The notes: a model not told the origin generated them from the sequence alone. A stretch of DNA of 64,000 bases from Geopsychrobacteraceae bacterium (GCA_963676795.2 CAXXTB010000001.1:1184001-1248000), one strand, 5' to 3'. Shown: positions 20,034-29,882, numbered from the stretch's first letter. Numbers and translations: made by a program.

Positions 20034-21413
20034 CTAACCAATCATTATGTTTTCTTCCGCGTATCTCCCGCTGTTCTTGTTGGTTCTGCCGGCGATGGCA
20101 AAGGCCATGGTCAAAAGGCCGACCCGGCCGACAAACATCAGCAGGATGATGATCAGCTTCCCGGCCGCGTTCAGTTGGGCGGTAGCCCCGGTTGACAGCC
20201 CGACGGTGGCGAAAGCCGAGAAGGTTTCAAACAGGTAGCTTAAGAACATCCGGTTATTTTCGTGAGCGACATCGGTGGTCTGGGCGATCAGCAGCCAGAA
20301 CAGGGCGATGCCGATCAGGATGATCGCCATGATCGAAAGGGCCAGGGCTTTGGTAATCGCTTCATCTGGAATCGTCCTCCGGAACAGGCTGGTATGACTG
20401 TTCCCCTTGAGCCGGTTATAGAAAACGGCAATGAACAGCGTCAGGCTGGTCGTCTTGATCCCGCCCCCCGACGAGCCCGGTGAGGCGCCGATAAACATCA
20501 GGAAGATCATCAGGAACAGGGTCGCGACATGGAATTGGTTGAGGTCGATGCTGTTGAAGCCGGCGGTCCGGCAGGAGACCGACTGGAACAGCGCGATCCA
20601 GATTCCATCACCAAAGCTGTGAGCCGTCAGTGATCCGCCCCTCTCCATCAGCCAGATTGCCAGTGCACCGCCAAAGCTCAGGGCGGCTGAGGTGACCAGG
20701 ACAATCTTGCTGTGCAGGGAAAACTGCATCCGTCGTTTCTTGCTCTTTTTCAGGCGGCTGATGATTTCCTGGTAGATTTCCCGAATGACCAGGAAACCGA
20801 TGCCGCCAAAGGTGATCAGCAGTATCAGGATCAGGTTGACCAGCGGGCTTCCCTGGTAGGAAATGACACTGTCAGGAAATAACGAGAAACCGGCATTGCA
20901 GAAAGCCGAGACAGAGTGAAACAGGGCGCTGTAGAGTCCTTTCCAGAACCCCATCTGGGGAACGAAAGCGCAGGCCAGCAACAGGGTGCCGATCCCTTCG
21001 ATGATAAAGGTCATCAGGAAGATATCGCGCAGCAGCTCACGCCACGAGCTGATCGGCGTGTGCATCAGGGTTTCGTTGATGATCCAGCGGCCGCGGACGC
21101 TGACTCCGATGCGCAGATAGATGAACAGGTAGACGGAAAAGGTCGTGATGCCCAGTCCGCCGATCTGGATCAGAGCCAGAACCACCCACTGGCCAAACAA
21201 AGAGAACTGAGAACCGGTGTCGACGACAACCAGACCGGTGACACATTGGGCTGAGGTTGCGGTAAACAGCGCGTCCAGAAAATGCAGTCTGCTCCCTTGG
21301 GATGCAACCGGGAGGCTGAGGAGAATGGCCCCGAGCAGAATGGCCAGGGCATAGTAGAGCATCAGCGCTCCCCCCGGGGGGAGTTCTCTGAACCGTTTTA
21401 TCACATTTTTCAT
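20034..21413 (-). CDS. K+ uptake membrane subunit (KtrB/TrkH family)
   Basis: SAQCVTGL, SAFCNAGF, RTAGFN, GASPGSSGGGIK and SAFATVGLS pore motifs. Confidence 0.95.
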   Translation of the reverse strand: MKNVIKRFRELPPGGALMLYYALAILLGAILLSLPVASQGSRLHFLDALFTATSAQCVTGLVVVDTGSQFSLFGQWVVLALIQIGGLGITTFSVYLFIYLRIGVSVRGRWIINETLMHTPISSWRELLRDIFLMTFIIEGIGTLLLACAFVPQMGFWKGLYSALFHSVSAFCNAGFSLFPDSVISYQGSPLVNLILILLITFGGIGFLVIREIYQEIISRLKKSKKRRMQFSLHSKIVLVTSAALSFGGALAIWLMERGGSLTAHSFGDGIWIALFQSVSCRTAGFNSIDLNQFHVATLFLMIFLMFIGASPGSSGGGIKTTSLTLFIAVFYNRLKGNSHTSLFRRTIPDEAITKALALSIMAIILIGIALFWLLIAQTTDVAHENNRMFLSYLFETFSAFATVGLSTGATAQLNAAGKLIIILLMFVGRVGLLTMAFAIAGRTNKNSGRYAEENIMIG

Positions 21414-21480
21414 GAGCCGGAGTTTAGCGCAGTTTTGAAAATTTGGTAGCGAAAATTGCTTGAAGCGAACTCTGCTGGGG

Positions 21481-22218
21481 TCAGCGATTGACCAGCTTTA
21501 TTCCCTTATCCGGAAAAAGGGCGGCAATCCAGCGCATCCTGGCCGTTGTCCCTATCCTGACCGTTTGTTTTCCTTTTTCAATGTCCCGGATGCAGAGCTC
21601 TGCAGCTTTTTGTGGACTGATAGCCTGCGACGTTGCCGGTAAACGGCCTTTGTGAAAAGTTGTGTCGACCAGCGGCATCATCACTTCGATGATCCGGACA
21701 CCGCTTCCCCGCAATGACCAGCGCAGGCTCCGGGTGTATGAGTGGAGGGCCGATTTTGCTGCACAATAGAAGGGGTAGGCTGCTTTGGGAAAATAGATCA
21801 GACCGGTCGTGATGTTGATGATGGCCGCTGTCGGCTGCTTTTTCAGGTGCGGACGAAACAGCTGGCAGAGCTCAACGGGAGCGATAAAGTTCAGTTCTGT
21901 ATCGGTGCGTAAGGCGGCAGTGACGCTCTCGTCACTGTAGGGGTCGATCACCTGTTTGGCGCCGGCATTGTTGATCAGAATATTCAGCTGCGGATGGGCG
22001 GTCAGGACCTCTGTCAGAAGTTTTTCGCGTTGTTCAGCGGAGTTCACATCGCAACAGAAGGTTATCAACTCCGGAACCTGTTGTTTGGCCAGATCAAGTT
22101 TCTGCTGGCTGCGACCGCAGATGATGACCCGGTTATGAACCGCCAGCGCTTTGCTCAGGGCAAACCCGATTCCATCACTGCCGCCGGTGACTAGAATTGT
22201 GTGATCGCTCAGATTCAT
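21481..22218 (-). CDS. SDR family oxidoreductase (DltE-like)
   Basis: TGGSDGIG, NNAG and YCAAK motifs; AAGGAG RBS. Confidence 0.92.
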   Translation of the reverse strand: MNLSDHTILVTGGSDGIGFALSKALAVHNRVIICGRSQQKLDLAKQQVPELITFCCDVNSAEQREKLLTEVLTAHPQLNILINNAGAKQVIDPYSDESVTAALRTDTELNFIAPVELCQLFRPHLKKQPTAAIINITTGLIYFPKAAYPFYCAAKSALHSYTRSLRWSLRGSGVRIIEVMMPLVDTTFHKGRLPATSQAISPQKAAELCIRDIEKGKQTVRIGTTARMRWIAALFPDKGIKLVNR

Positions 22219-22267
22219 CGGAATCTCCTTTAGTAGCGAAAGCTTGAGCGGGCATAGACAATAGCTT

Positions 22268-22894
22268 TTAGAGCAGAGTTTGATCGGGAGAATCAGGCGA
22301 GTCAAGTTGTTTGCGGATGGCCTGCAATTCTACCTCTCTGACAGCGAGATAGGAGGCTATCTGGCTGTCCGGAATTCTTGCTGCAATCGCGCTGAACTCG
22401 TTGAGAAATTTAGCGTAGCGCTCGGCTTTGCTGAGACTGATCCTGTCTGCCTGTCTGAGCTCCTGCTTGATCGCCAGTTGTTGCAGAAGTAGCAGGGAAA
22501 GACGTTCCCACTCGCCGTAGGTGTTGCTCAGGCGCTGCAGGTCTTTCTGTTTGAGGAACAGGACTGAGCAGGGTTCAATCGTTTCGATGGAGAAGGGGGA
22601 CGGGCTTCCCGTCGAGACGGCGCTGATGCTGGTCAGCATCTGGCCCTGAGACGCGAAATCTATATTCAGCTCAAGACCGGCGGAATTTGTGAAGTAGAAA
22701 CGTGTCAAGCCGGAGAGCAGAAAGCCGATGTCAAAGACACTTGATCCTGCGGTGACAATCCGGGTATTTGCCCCGAAATGACGGAACTTGAACAGCTCCC
22801 TGGTTGGCGCCCAGGCCTGTGGCGTGAAGTCGACGAAAGGATAGAAATACTGTCTTAATTGCTCAAGCTGCCGTTCTGTCGGTCTGATTGACAT
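22268..22894 (-). CDS. Crp/Fnr family transcriptional regulator
   Basis: cNMP-binding-like region and C-terminal ERY..IASYL HTH. Confidence 0.82.
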   Translation of the reverse strand: MSIRPTERQLEQLRQYFYPFVDFTPQAWAPTRELFKFRHFGANTRIVTAGSSVFDIGFLLSGLTRFYFTNSAGLELNIDFASQGQMLTSISAVSTGSPSPFSIETIEPCSVLFLKQKDLQRLSNTYGEWERLSLLLLQQLAIKQELRQADRISLSKAERYAKFLNEFSAIAARIPDSQIASYLAVREVELQAIRKQLDSPDSPDQTLL

Positions 22895-23133
22895 CGTTGT
22901 AACTCCGAACCGATAGGATCTCTGTGGAAAATTTAGGGCTCCGCATTGCCCCGGAGGCATGCACGGGAATAAATTGAATTGACTGTTCAGCTGTCGAATA
23001 TATATGAGGAGGTTGTCATTTGTAAATGTTAATATTGGGAAAGGGAGTAAATGTCCACGCGCCTGCCTTCCGGATAGTGGGTGACGTAACACTTGATGTC
23101 GTGACCGTATGTCGGTGGCGCTGCTGACAGCTC

Positions 23134-24018
23134 TTAGCTGACCTGTTGCAGAGAGTCGAAAAATGTCTGAAACAAGACCGAACGATAATTTTCATCCCTG
23201 CTCAGAATAATCAGGTCCCGTTTTAGACAGAGCGGTGTAGTGATCTCAATCAGCCAGCCGTGATCCAGTTCTCGCTGGACGGCCATGCGCGACAGGCAGG
23301 CGCAGCCGGCTTCCGCTTCGACCGCTTTTTTGATCGCTTCTGTGTGGCCCAGTTCGAGGGTGACCGCGCAGCTTAAGTTTTCTCTCTTCAGCGCCGCTTC
23401 AAAGACATCGCGTGTTCCCGAGCCCTTTTCGCGCATGATCCATTGTCCTGCCCGTAATTCGTCTCTGCTGGCCGTACCTGTGGCCGTCCAGGGATGGTGC
23501 GGGCCGGTGATGATCACCAGTTCATCGTCGCGCCATTTATGAGCATTCAGGCTGGGAATCTGCTGATACCCCTCGCTCAGACCGAGATCCAGTTCTCCGG
23601 ACCGGACTCCGTTTTCAATCTGCGTCGCATTGCCGACCTGGAGCTGGATCCTGGCCCCGGGATGCCTGCTGGTGAAGTCAGCGATCAGCCCCGGCATCAG
23701 GTAGTTGCCGATGGTGGTGCTGGCCCCGACATGCAGGATGCCGATCGGCTGGCGCAGCGATTCGTCGAGAAACATCTCAATCTCCTGCTGCTGGACGAGC
23801 AGCTTGCTGGACAGGGGCAGGAGCTGGCGCCCCCGGTCGTTGAGAATGATCCTGTTGCCCTGGCGCAGAAACAGCGGGCTGTCGGCATGGTTCTCCAGCT
23901 GGTTCAGCGACATGCTGATCGCCGACTGGGTGAGATTCAGGGCTTCGGCCGCTCTGGTCACGCTTGCCAGTTCGGCGACTTTGCAGAAGATCTGGAGTTG
24001 TCTGAGTGTGATAGCCAT
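23134..24018 (-). CDS. LysR family regulator (CysL/YeiE-like)
   Basis: LysR HTH, GASTTIGNY, REKGSGTR and TEAIKKAVE; divergent from YeiH-family gene. Confidence 0.93.
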   Translation of the reverse strand: MAITLRQLQIFCKVAELASVTRAAEALNLTQSAISMSLNQLENHADSPLFLRQGNRIILNDRGRQLLPLSSKLLVQQQEIEMFLDESLRQPIGILHVGASTTIGNYLMPGLIADFTSRHPGARIQLQVGNATQIENGVRSGELDLGLSEGYQQIPSLNAHKWRDDELVIITGPHHPWTATGTASRDELRAGQWIMREKGSGTRDVFEAALKRENLSCAVTLELGHTEAIKKAVEAEAGCACLSRMAVQRELDHGWLIEITTPLCLKRDLIILSRDENYRSVLFQTFFDSLQQVS

Positions 24019-24028
24019 GTTTCTTTAT

Positions 24029-24043
24029 ATCAATTTGTCTGAT
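24029..24043. promoter_or_regulatory. putative LysR recognition box
   Basis: ATCA-N7-TGAT palindrome (T-N11-A) just upstream of the LysR start. Confidence 0.55.
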
Positions 24044-24131
24044 GGGATGCATAAAAATTTTGAAATTATATTTATGGCTGGTTCGGCGTAGGGTGGCCGT
24101 ATTCGTTGAAGGCTAAAGTCGCAGGTTTATG

Positions 24132-24594
24132 GTTTATTTCAATTCATCGAAACGTCAGAGGTGTTTCTTCGGTTCTGCCCGTTAGATGGGCAAAGCCCAT
24201 CGTTGGGCGTGTTGTCAGTTGCTGGTGGGAGGCTACGTCAGAAACGCAGGAACACTGCCGACAATATAAAAAGGGCGTTTTTGTCTTGCTTTTTGAGGCC
24301 CTGGTCAAAAAGCAAGGCGGCGTTCGGTGCCGCGACCCCGAGGTTTTGATCTTGGGGTGTTGTCAGGGGACAAAATCAAAATCGCCGGTTCCCGTACCGG
24401 CAGACGTCGCCCTTTTTCTTTGATCGCAAAGAAAAAGGGCGGAAAAAGAAACTCTTTGGAAACACTGACGTAAATTGTTTCTGTCTGGCTCCGTAGCTTT
24501 TGGGCAGCATATCTCTTCACGCTCAGACAAGATGCCTTGCATCTTGAATTCGCGCAATCGCAAAGCCGGTTCCCGGCTTGGATGCTTGGAACAA
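24132..24594 (+). repeat. structured intergenic repeat element, copy A
   Basis: Collinear similarity to 33580..34034 and inverted similarity to 50552..51005; multiple hairpins. Confidence 0.9.
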
Positions 24595-24662
24595 GCAATG
24601 AAAGCGTTGGGACTGGCTCCTTCGGAGCACAATCCCCTTGGCAACATTTTGGAGTTATTACC

Positions 24663-25595
24663 GTGCAGCAGTTTCAGTACAAGCAGATTCTGTTTATTTT
24701 ATGCGCCGTACTTTGCCTGTTTCCGTTCATGGAGGCCTCTTACGGTCTTATCCTGGGGATTGGCATCAGCCTGCTGCTGGGCAATCCCTGGCCGAAGCAG
24801 GCCGCGCGCTACAGCAAGAAACTGCTGCAGCTTTCCGTTGTCGGACTTGGCTTCGGGCTGACCCTTGGTGAAGTCTGGACAACCGGGCGCGCTTCGATCC
24901 TCTATACCTTCGTCGGGATCTGCATCACCCTGCTACTGGGGATCTCACTCGGTCGGCTGTTCAAGGTCAAAAGAACGACGGCCGCCTTGATCGCATTCGG
25001 GACGGCGATCTGTGGTGGCAGCGCGATCGCGGCCATGTCACCGGTGCTCAAGGCCGAGGATGATGAGATCGCAGTGTCCCTGGCGACGGTTTTTACTTTG
25101 AACGCGGTTGCCCTGCTGCTGTTCCCTTTCATCGGGCACCTGCTGCATTTGACGCAGGAGCTGTTCGGCACCTGGGCGGGTATGGCGATCCACGATACCA
25201 GCAGCGTCGTTGGCGCAGCATCGGTCTACGGCAGCCAGGCGCTGGCCGTCGGCACAACGGTCAAGCTTTCCCGGGCTCTCTGGATTACGCCGTTTGTTCT
25301 ACTGGTCGCCTGGCGTAACCGGTCTGCAGGAAAAGGGGCGCTGCCCTGGTTCATTCTCGGTTTCATTGCCGCCGCAGCCATTACCAGTTTGCTGCCAGAG
25401 TTTGCCGGGGCCTGGCACGTCCTGGCCCGAGTCGCACGGCAGCTGCTGGTCGTCACCCTGTTTCTGATCGGCTCGGGCTTGAGCCGCGAGCTGCTGCGCC
25501 GGGTCGGTGTGAGGCCTTTGGCACAGGGAATTGTTCTTTGGGGGATTGTCAGTTGTGCGACCCTCTGCGCGCTGCTTTTGATCGGGCTGGCCTGA
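24663..25595 (+). CDS. YeiH/UPF0324 family membrane protein (putative sulfate exporter)
   Basis: GTAICGGSAIAA, AIHDTSSVVGA and TTVKLSRALWI; GTG start after GGAG. The ORF-track start at 24537 lies inside the repeat. Confidence 0.92.
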   Translation: MQQFQYKQILFILCAVLCLFPFMEASYGLILGIGISLLLGNPWPKQAARYSKKLLQLSVVGLGFGLTLGEVWTTGRASILYTFVGICITLLLGISLGRLFKVKRTTAALIAFGTAICGGSAIAAMSPVLKAEDDEIAVSLATVFTLNAVALLLFPFIGHLLHLTQELFGTWAGMAIHDTSSVVGAASVYGSQALAVGTTVKLSRALWITPFVLLVAWRNRSAGKGALPWFILGFIAAAAITSLLPEFAGAWHVLARVARQLLVVTLFLIGSGLSRELLRRVGVRPLAQGIVLWGIVSCATLCALLLIGLA

Positions 25596-25635
25596 ACGAC
25601 TTCTGAACATTCGACTTGATATGTAGGTGAGCCAG

Positions 25636-26937
25636 TTAATCGCTCTTTTCGGTCTCTGTGTCCAGGGGAGAAACGATCCTGTTTCGGCCCCGTTCTTTGG
25701 CGCTATACAGAAGACTGTCGGCTTGTTGCAGCAGGCTTGCAAAGGTCTCTGCTTCGTCAGGGATTCTTGCCAGGATCCCCTGACTGATAGTGACAATCTG
25801 TTCCGGAGATTTCTGATGGGGAATGGCTTGTTCTCTCAACTTTTGTTGAATCCGTTCTGCGACGATTCGCGTTCCCTCAAGACTCGTTTCAGGTAAAACG
25901 ATCATGAATTCCTCCCCACCATATCTCATCCCGATATCGGCAGGACGATTCTGCGCTTCCTGAATGATTTTGCCGACAATTGACAGACACTTATCGCCCT
26001 GGGGGTGGCCGTAAGTATCGTTGAAGAGTTTGAAATAATCGATATCGAGCAGAATCAATCCCAGTGGCGTCTGTTCCCTGCGCGCCTCCATAAAGATGTT
26101 TTCCTCAACGATTTTCTGGGCATAACGATTGTACAGATTGGTCAGGGGGTCGCGGATTGAGATATTTTCAAAATGTTTACGCAGGCTTTTCTGTTTATGA
26201 ACATCTGCATAGGCAACTTTAAGCCGAGAAATAAGGCCGTTGAACTTGTCGGTGAGCAGCGAAATTTCATTTTTCTCCTGAATTCCAAGACTGATCTCTG
26301 CTGGGGAGAGATCATCAAGTCTGGTCTTTTCAATCTCGCGGGCAAAAAGTTGCAGGGGGCGATGGACCTTGAAATGGAAGAAATAGACAAAGATCGCAAC
26401 ACTTATCAGGGCAAGGATGATTACGCCAAGGGCAAGGGAGAGCGCTGTTGACAGAAGATTCTGGCTGATGACGGATTTGTCGCTAAAGAGAAAGAGATAG
26501 CCGAATTTAATCCGTTTGCCATAGGGATTGGTGACATAGAACGGTTGCTGATAACCAAAAATAGCCATATCCGGGAAGCTCAAATGCGCTTTGCTGTCGC
26601 CAGTAAATGGACCTAATTGCTCAACCTCAATGGGGAGTGTCCCGGCGGACAAATGGAGTCCGGCACTGTCATCATAGATGGCAACGCCGCTGATACGCGG
26701 GTCGGCAAGGATCCCTTTGAAGGTATTCTCAAGCATCGGGACATCATTGTTGTAAAAGGCAACAGCAATCGGCGGACTGAAAGTCTGTTCGATGCTTTCC
26801 AGGTGCTGCTGCAGCTCGACAAGCTGCTGCTGGTAACTGAAGTAGATCTGCCCCAGAATCAGGATGATGGCCACGATCAGATAGCTGATCAGGACCTTGG
26901 AAAAGGTTTGCCACAGGAGCGTGTGTCTTGAAATCAT
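25636..26937 (-). CDS. membrane diguanylate cyclase (periplasmic sensor, HAMP-like, GGDEF)
   Basis: DPLTNLYNR, DIDYFKLFNDTYGH, RPAD I-site and RYGGEEF. Confidence 0.93.
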   Translation of the reverse strand: MISRHTLLWQTFSKVLISYLIVAIILILGQIYFSYQQQLVELQQHLESIEQTFSPPIAVAFYNNDVPMLENTFKGILADPRISGVAIYDDSAGLHLSAGTLPIEVEQLGPFTGDSKAHLSFPDMAIFGYQQPFYVTNPYGKRIKFGYLFLFSDKSVISQNLLSTALSLALGVIILALISVAIFVYFFHFKVHRPLQLFAREIEKTRLDDLSPAEISLGIQEKNEISLLTDKFNGLISRLKVAYADVHKQKSLRKHFENISIRDPLTNLYNRYAQKIVEENIFMEARREQTPLGLILLDIDYFKLFNDTYGHPQGDKCLSIVGKIIQEAQNRPADIGMRYGGEEFMIVLPETSLEGTRIVAERIQQKLREQAIPHQKSPEQIVTISQGILARIPDEAETFASLLQQADSLLYSAKERGRNRIVSPLDTETEKSD

Positions 26938-26955
26938 TATCCAGCCTAGCCGATC

Positions 26956-28092
26956 TTAATATAGATCCCGGGCAGCATAGCTGAACGGAAACGACGGATT
27001 GTTAAGGCACCTGCTGTAGCGGCTGAAGTCCTTGTCTGTAATCCAGTTTTCAACGCAGGAAGAATCGTTGCAGGGGATGCGGCTTTTGTCTCCTTCGCTC
27101 ATGATCAGCATGCTCGATTTTATCCTGTAGTCAGGAGCGTCGTTGAAGTCGCAACCGTTCAGATAATCGTTCATCAGTGCCAGGGCCCAGACGATCTCGG
27201 TAAAGTGCCCCCCCGCACTGGCTGCGATCTCTCCCTTCTCGATCCGTGACTGAATGCCGGGGAGCAGATCGATGCCACCGACGATGAAATCCTTTCCCGG
27301 CACCTTTCCGGTTTCTGCAGCTCCGTCAAGAACTCCAAGTGCCATCGAGTCCGATGCTGTCCAGAAAATTTTTGCTTCCGGATAGCGTTTGACCGCTGCG
27401 CGGAATGCGAGCCGTGCCCGCTCCTGCTCGTAAAAACCCTGAAATCGCTGTTCCAGAACAACATCACTGCGGTGGCGTAAAATCTCTTCCATCCCATTTT
27501 TGCGGTCCTGTGCCTCAGGGGTGAAGAGGTGGCCGTCAATGGCGACGAGATGAAACTTTCCGTCGGATGCGCGCAGCTTCTTTTTTTCGGCAATGCCTAA
27601 CAGGGTATCGATAAGGTCTCGTCCTGCCTTGTAGTCATCTGGAGAAATGACCCCGAGGTAGGTTTTGAATTTTGTCCTTGGCTGGCCTATTTCAGCGTTC
27701 ATGGCCTCAGACGGGCCAACGTTGTAGATCAGTGTCGGAACCTTGTAGCTCTCAGCAAGTTCCAGGATTCGTGGCGCTCTCTCTTTGTAATTGAAAAAGA
27801 GCAATCCTGCCGGGCGCTTGTCCGGGTTTTTAAGGTTGTCTTCGGCTTTCGTTATCAGATCTCTGGGGTCATCGACGGAAATGACATTGAGATCGATCTG
27901 CAGATCCTCGGCGGCAGCCCGGGCATATGTTGTCACCATAGGCCAAAAACCGGTGGATCTGTCAGCGACAAACAGCAGGATTTTATTCTTCGGCTGAGGG
28001 GTGCCTGCCGCAAAGGCTGGAGATGCCAGGACCAGACCAGATACCGTCAGAGCCAGGAAAATTTTGATGAGTATGGTTGCGCAGCTTTTCAT
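26956..28092 (-). CDS. periplasmic binding protein, sugar-ABC type (class I)
   Basis: Signal peptide; GFW..AAAEDL, PDDYKAG, SDSMALG and SAGGHF. Confidence 0.85.
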   Translation of the reverse strand: MKSCATILIKIFLALTVSGLVLASPAFAAGTPQPKNKILLFVADRSTGFWPMVTTYARAAAEDLQIDLNVISVDDPRDLITKAEDNLKNPDKRPAGLLFFNYKERAPRILELAESYKVPTLIYNVGPSEAMNAEIGQPRTKFKTYLGVISPDDYKAGRDLIDTLLGIAEKKKLRASDGKFHLVAIDGHLFTPEAQDRKNGMEEILRHRSDVVLEQRFQGFYEQERARLAFRAAVKRYPEAKIFWTASDSMALGVLDGAAETGKVPGKDFIVGGIDLLPGIQSRIEKGEIAASAGGHFTEIVWALALMNDYLNGCDFNDAPDYRIKSSMLIMSEGDKSRIPCNDSSCVENWITDKDFSRYSRCLNNPSFPFSYAARDLY

Positions 28093-28239
28093 GAACAGAC
28101 TTTCTTTGTTCTGTGGGAAATTAGCGGTAATTAATTGTAGACCATTTCAGCAGGAAATGCCATAGTAGATGATTTTTTACGAAAATCCGGCGATATAAAA
28201 CGCCTTGACTGCGCATGTTTTCAGTCCCTAGAGAGCGAT

Positions 28240-28268
28240 TTGCACTTTTCCTCAGCTTTTGCTATGGT
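28240..28268 (+). promoter_or_regulatory. putative sigma70/RpoS-like promoter of the kamA-ablAB locus
   Basis: TTGCAC-N17-TATGGT with TGC extended -10. Confidence 0.45.
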
Positions 28269-28635
28269 CTGCGGGTTGATGGCGGCGTGCTCACTGTGCG
28301 TTCCGACCATAGACCCGCAAATGAGGTGGATCCTGCTTGCCCCCGGCAATCAGGAGTCGAACCCTCTCTCATCAGGGCAGCACTGGATTTCGGCGTTCCG
28401 TCGTAATACCGGGTGCGGGTGGCCCTGTCCTTTAAAAAAACCAATTATTCTGAATTTCTTTTCAGGCACGTTGTTGCCCTGTTTGCCCATGCCCGGATAT
28501 ACGGATCTGTTCCGTATCTTTATCTGTCGTCGTATCTGTCTGCACGTGCCTGTCCCGAAAAGCTTCCGCAACGAGCCGGTTTTTCGGGTCACTTTTTGAT
28601 TTGCCAGCAACTGGCACAGCCAAAGGAGAGCATGT

Positions 28636-29811
28636 ATGTACGAACAGACTTCCATGAAAAAGGCCGCGGTCGACTGGACCGAAATAGACTGGCAGTCCGA
28701 ACTGGCCAACAATATAACCAGCATCTCATCACTTCAGCAGTATCTGCCGCTCAGTGCTGTAGAAAAAGAAAGTCTGTCGGCCGTTGAGGCGCGTCACCCG
28801 ATGAACGTGCCGCGCTATTATCTGGAACAGATCGATCCGAACGACCCGGATGATCCGATCCGCAAGCTGGCGATCCCGAGCGCGGACGAGCTGATTCTGG
28901 CCGGGGATATGGGGGAGACGACGGGCGACCCTTACGGTGATGACAAACATGACAAGGGGAACGGAATCCTTCACAAGTACCCCTATACCGCCCTGGTTGT
29001 GGCGACTGAATACTGTTCAATGTATTGCCGCCACTGTTTCCGCAAGCGGATGGTCGGGCTGCCGAACGATCAGACGGTGAAAAATTTTCGCCGGGCCGCT
29101 GCCTATATTGCCGAGCACAAAGAAATCAAGAACGTTGTCATCTCCGGTGGCGATCCGCTGCTGTTGCCGACCGAGGTGCTGGCCGAGCTTCTTGAGCCGC
29201 TGCGTTCGCTTGACCATCTGAACTATGTGCGGATCGGCTCGCGTGCGCCGGTCGTCTACCCGATGCGTTTCTGGGAGGATGAGCTGATCGAACTGCTGGC
29301 CGACTTCAACTGTGACAAAAGCCTTTATGTACCGACCCATTTCAATCATGCCAACGAATTGACCCCGGAGGCGGCTCTGGCGGTCTTGCGGTTGAGGAGT
29401 GCCGGGGTGATCGTCAACAACCAGGCGGTGCTGCTGCGCGGTGTCAATGATTCCGTCGAGGCTCTGACCGGGCTGATGGACGGGCTGCTGCGGATCGGCG
29501 TCAATCCCTACTATCTTTACCAGTGCATGCCTGTCGAACGGGTCCGTCATCAGTTTCAGGTGCCTCTCAAACAGGGGGTCGATCTGGTTGATGAAGCTCG
29601 CCGGCGGCTTGACGGCTACGGCAAGCGCTTCAAATTCATCATCGGTCACGACATCGGAAAACTGGAGATCTGCGGGCGCAGCGGCGACAAGCTGATTCTC
29701 AAGCAGTTGCACGCCCGGCCGGGACATCAGGATGAATCGTCACGCCTGCTGATCCGCCAGCTGAATGAAAGCGGAGGCTGGCTTGACGATCTGCCTGAGA
29801 TCGAACTGTGA
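28636..29811 (+). CDS. KamA family radical SAM protein (divergent aminomutase-like)
   Basis: [32 protein letters not shown] and NQAVLLRGVND. Confidence 0.93.
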   Translation: MYEQTSMKKAAVDWTEIDWQSELANNITSISSLQQYLPLSAVEKESLSAVEARHPMNVPRYYLEQIDPNDPDDPIRKLAIPSADELILAGDMGETTGDPYGDDKHDKGNGILHKYPYTALVVATEYCSMYCRHCFRKRMVGLPNDQTVKNFRRAAAYIAEHKEIKNVVISGGDPLLLPTEVLAELLEPLRSLDHLNYVRIGSRAPVVYPMRFWEDELIELLADFNCDKSLYVPTHFNHANELTPEAALAVLRLRSAGVIVNNQAVLLRGVNDSVEALTGLMDGLLRIGVNPYYLYQCMPVERVRHQFQVPLKQGVDLVDEARRRLDGYGKRFKFIIGHDIGKLEICGRSGDKLILKQLHARPGHQDESSRLLIRQLNESGGWLDDLPEIEL

Positions 29812-29882
29812 ACAGCAACCTCGTAGGTTACTGATAACTGTAAAGATTTAGACTTTAGCTGAAGAAGAAAGAGGACGTTTTT

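Noticed and set aside
21368..21383. CTCCCCCCGGGGGGAG palindrome
   Set aside because: Lies in frame within the KtrB coding sequence (LPPGGA); no evidence of separate function
24132..24594. Repeats as a CRISPR array or autonomous IS
   Set aside because: No tandem repeat-spacer periodicity, no cas or transposase ORF, and no clear target-site duplication seen
24106..24647. Short ORFs within the repeat copies (also 33609..33951 and 50541..51162)
   Set aside because: Frames and stops are not conserved between copies while base-pairing is; treated as spurious
28636..29811. Calling the first KamA protein EpmB or glutamate 2,3-aminomutase
   Set aside because: No efp/epmA context, and substrate-site residues match neither known pattern
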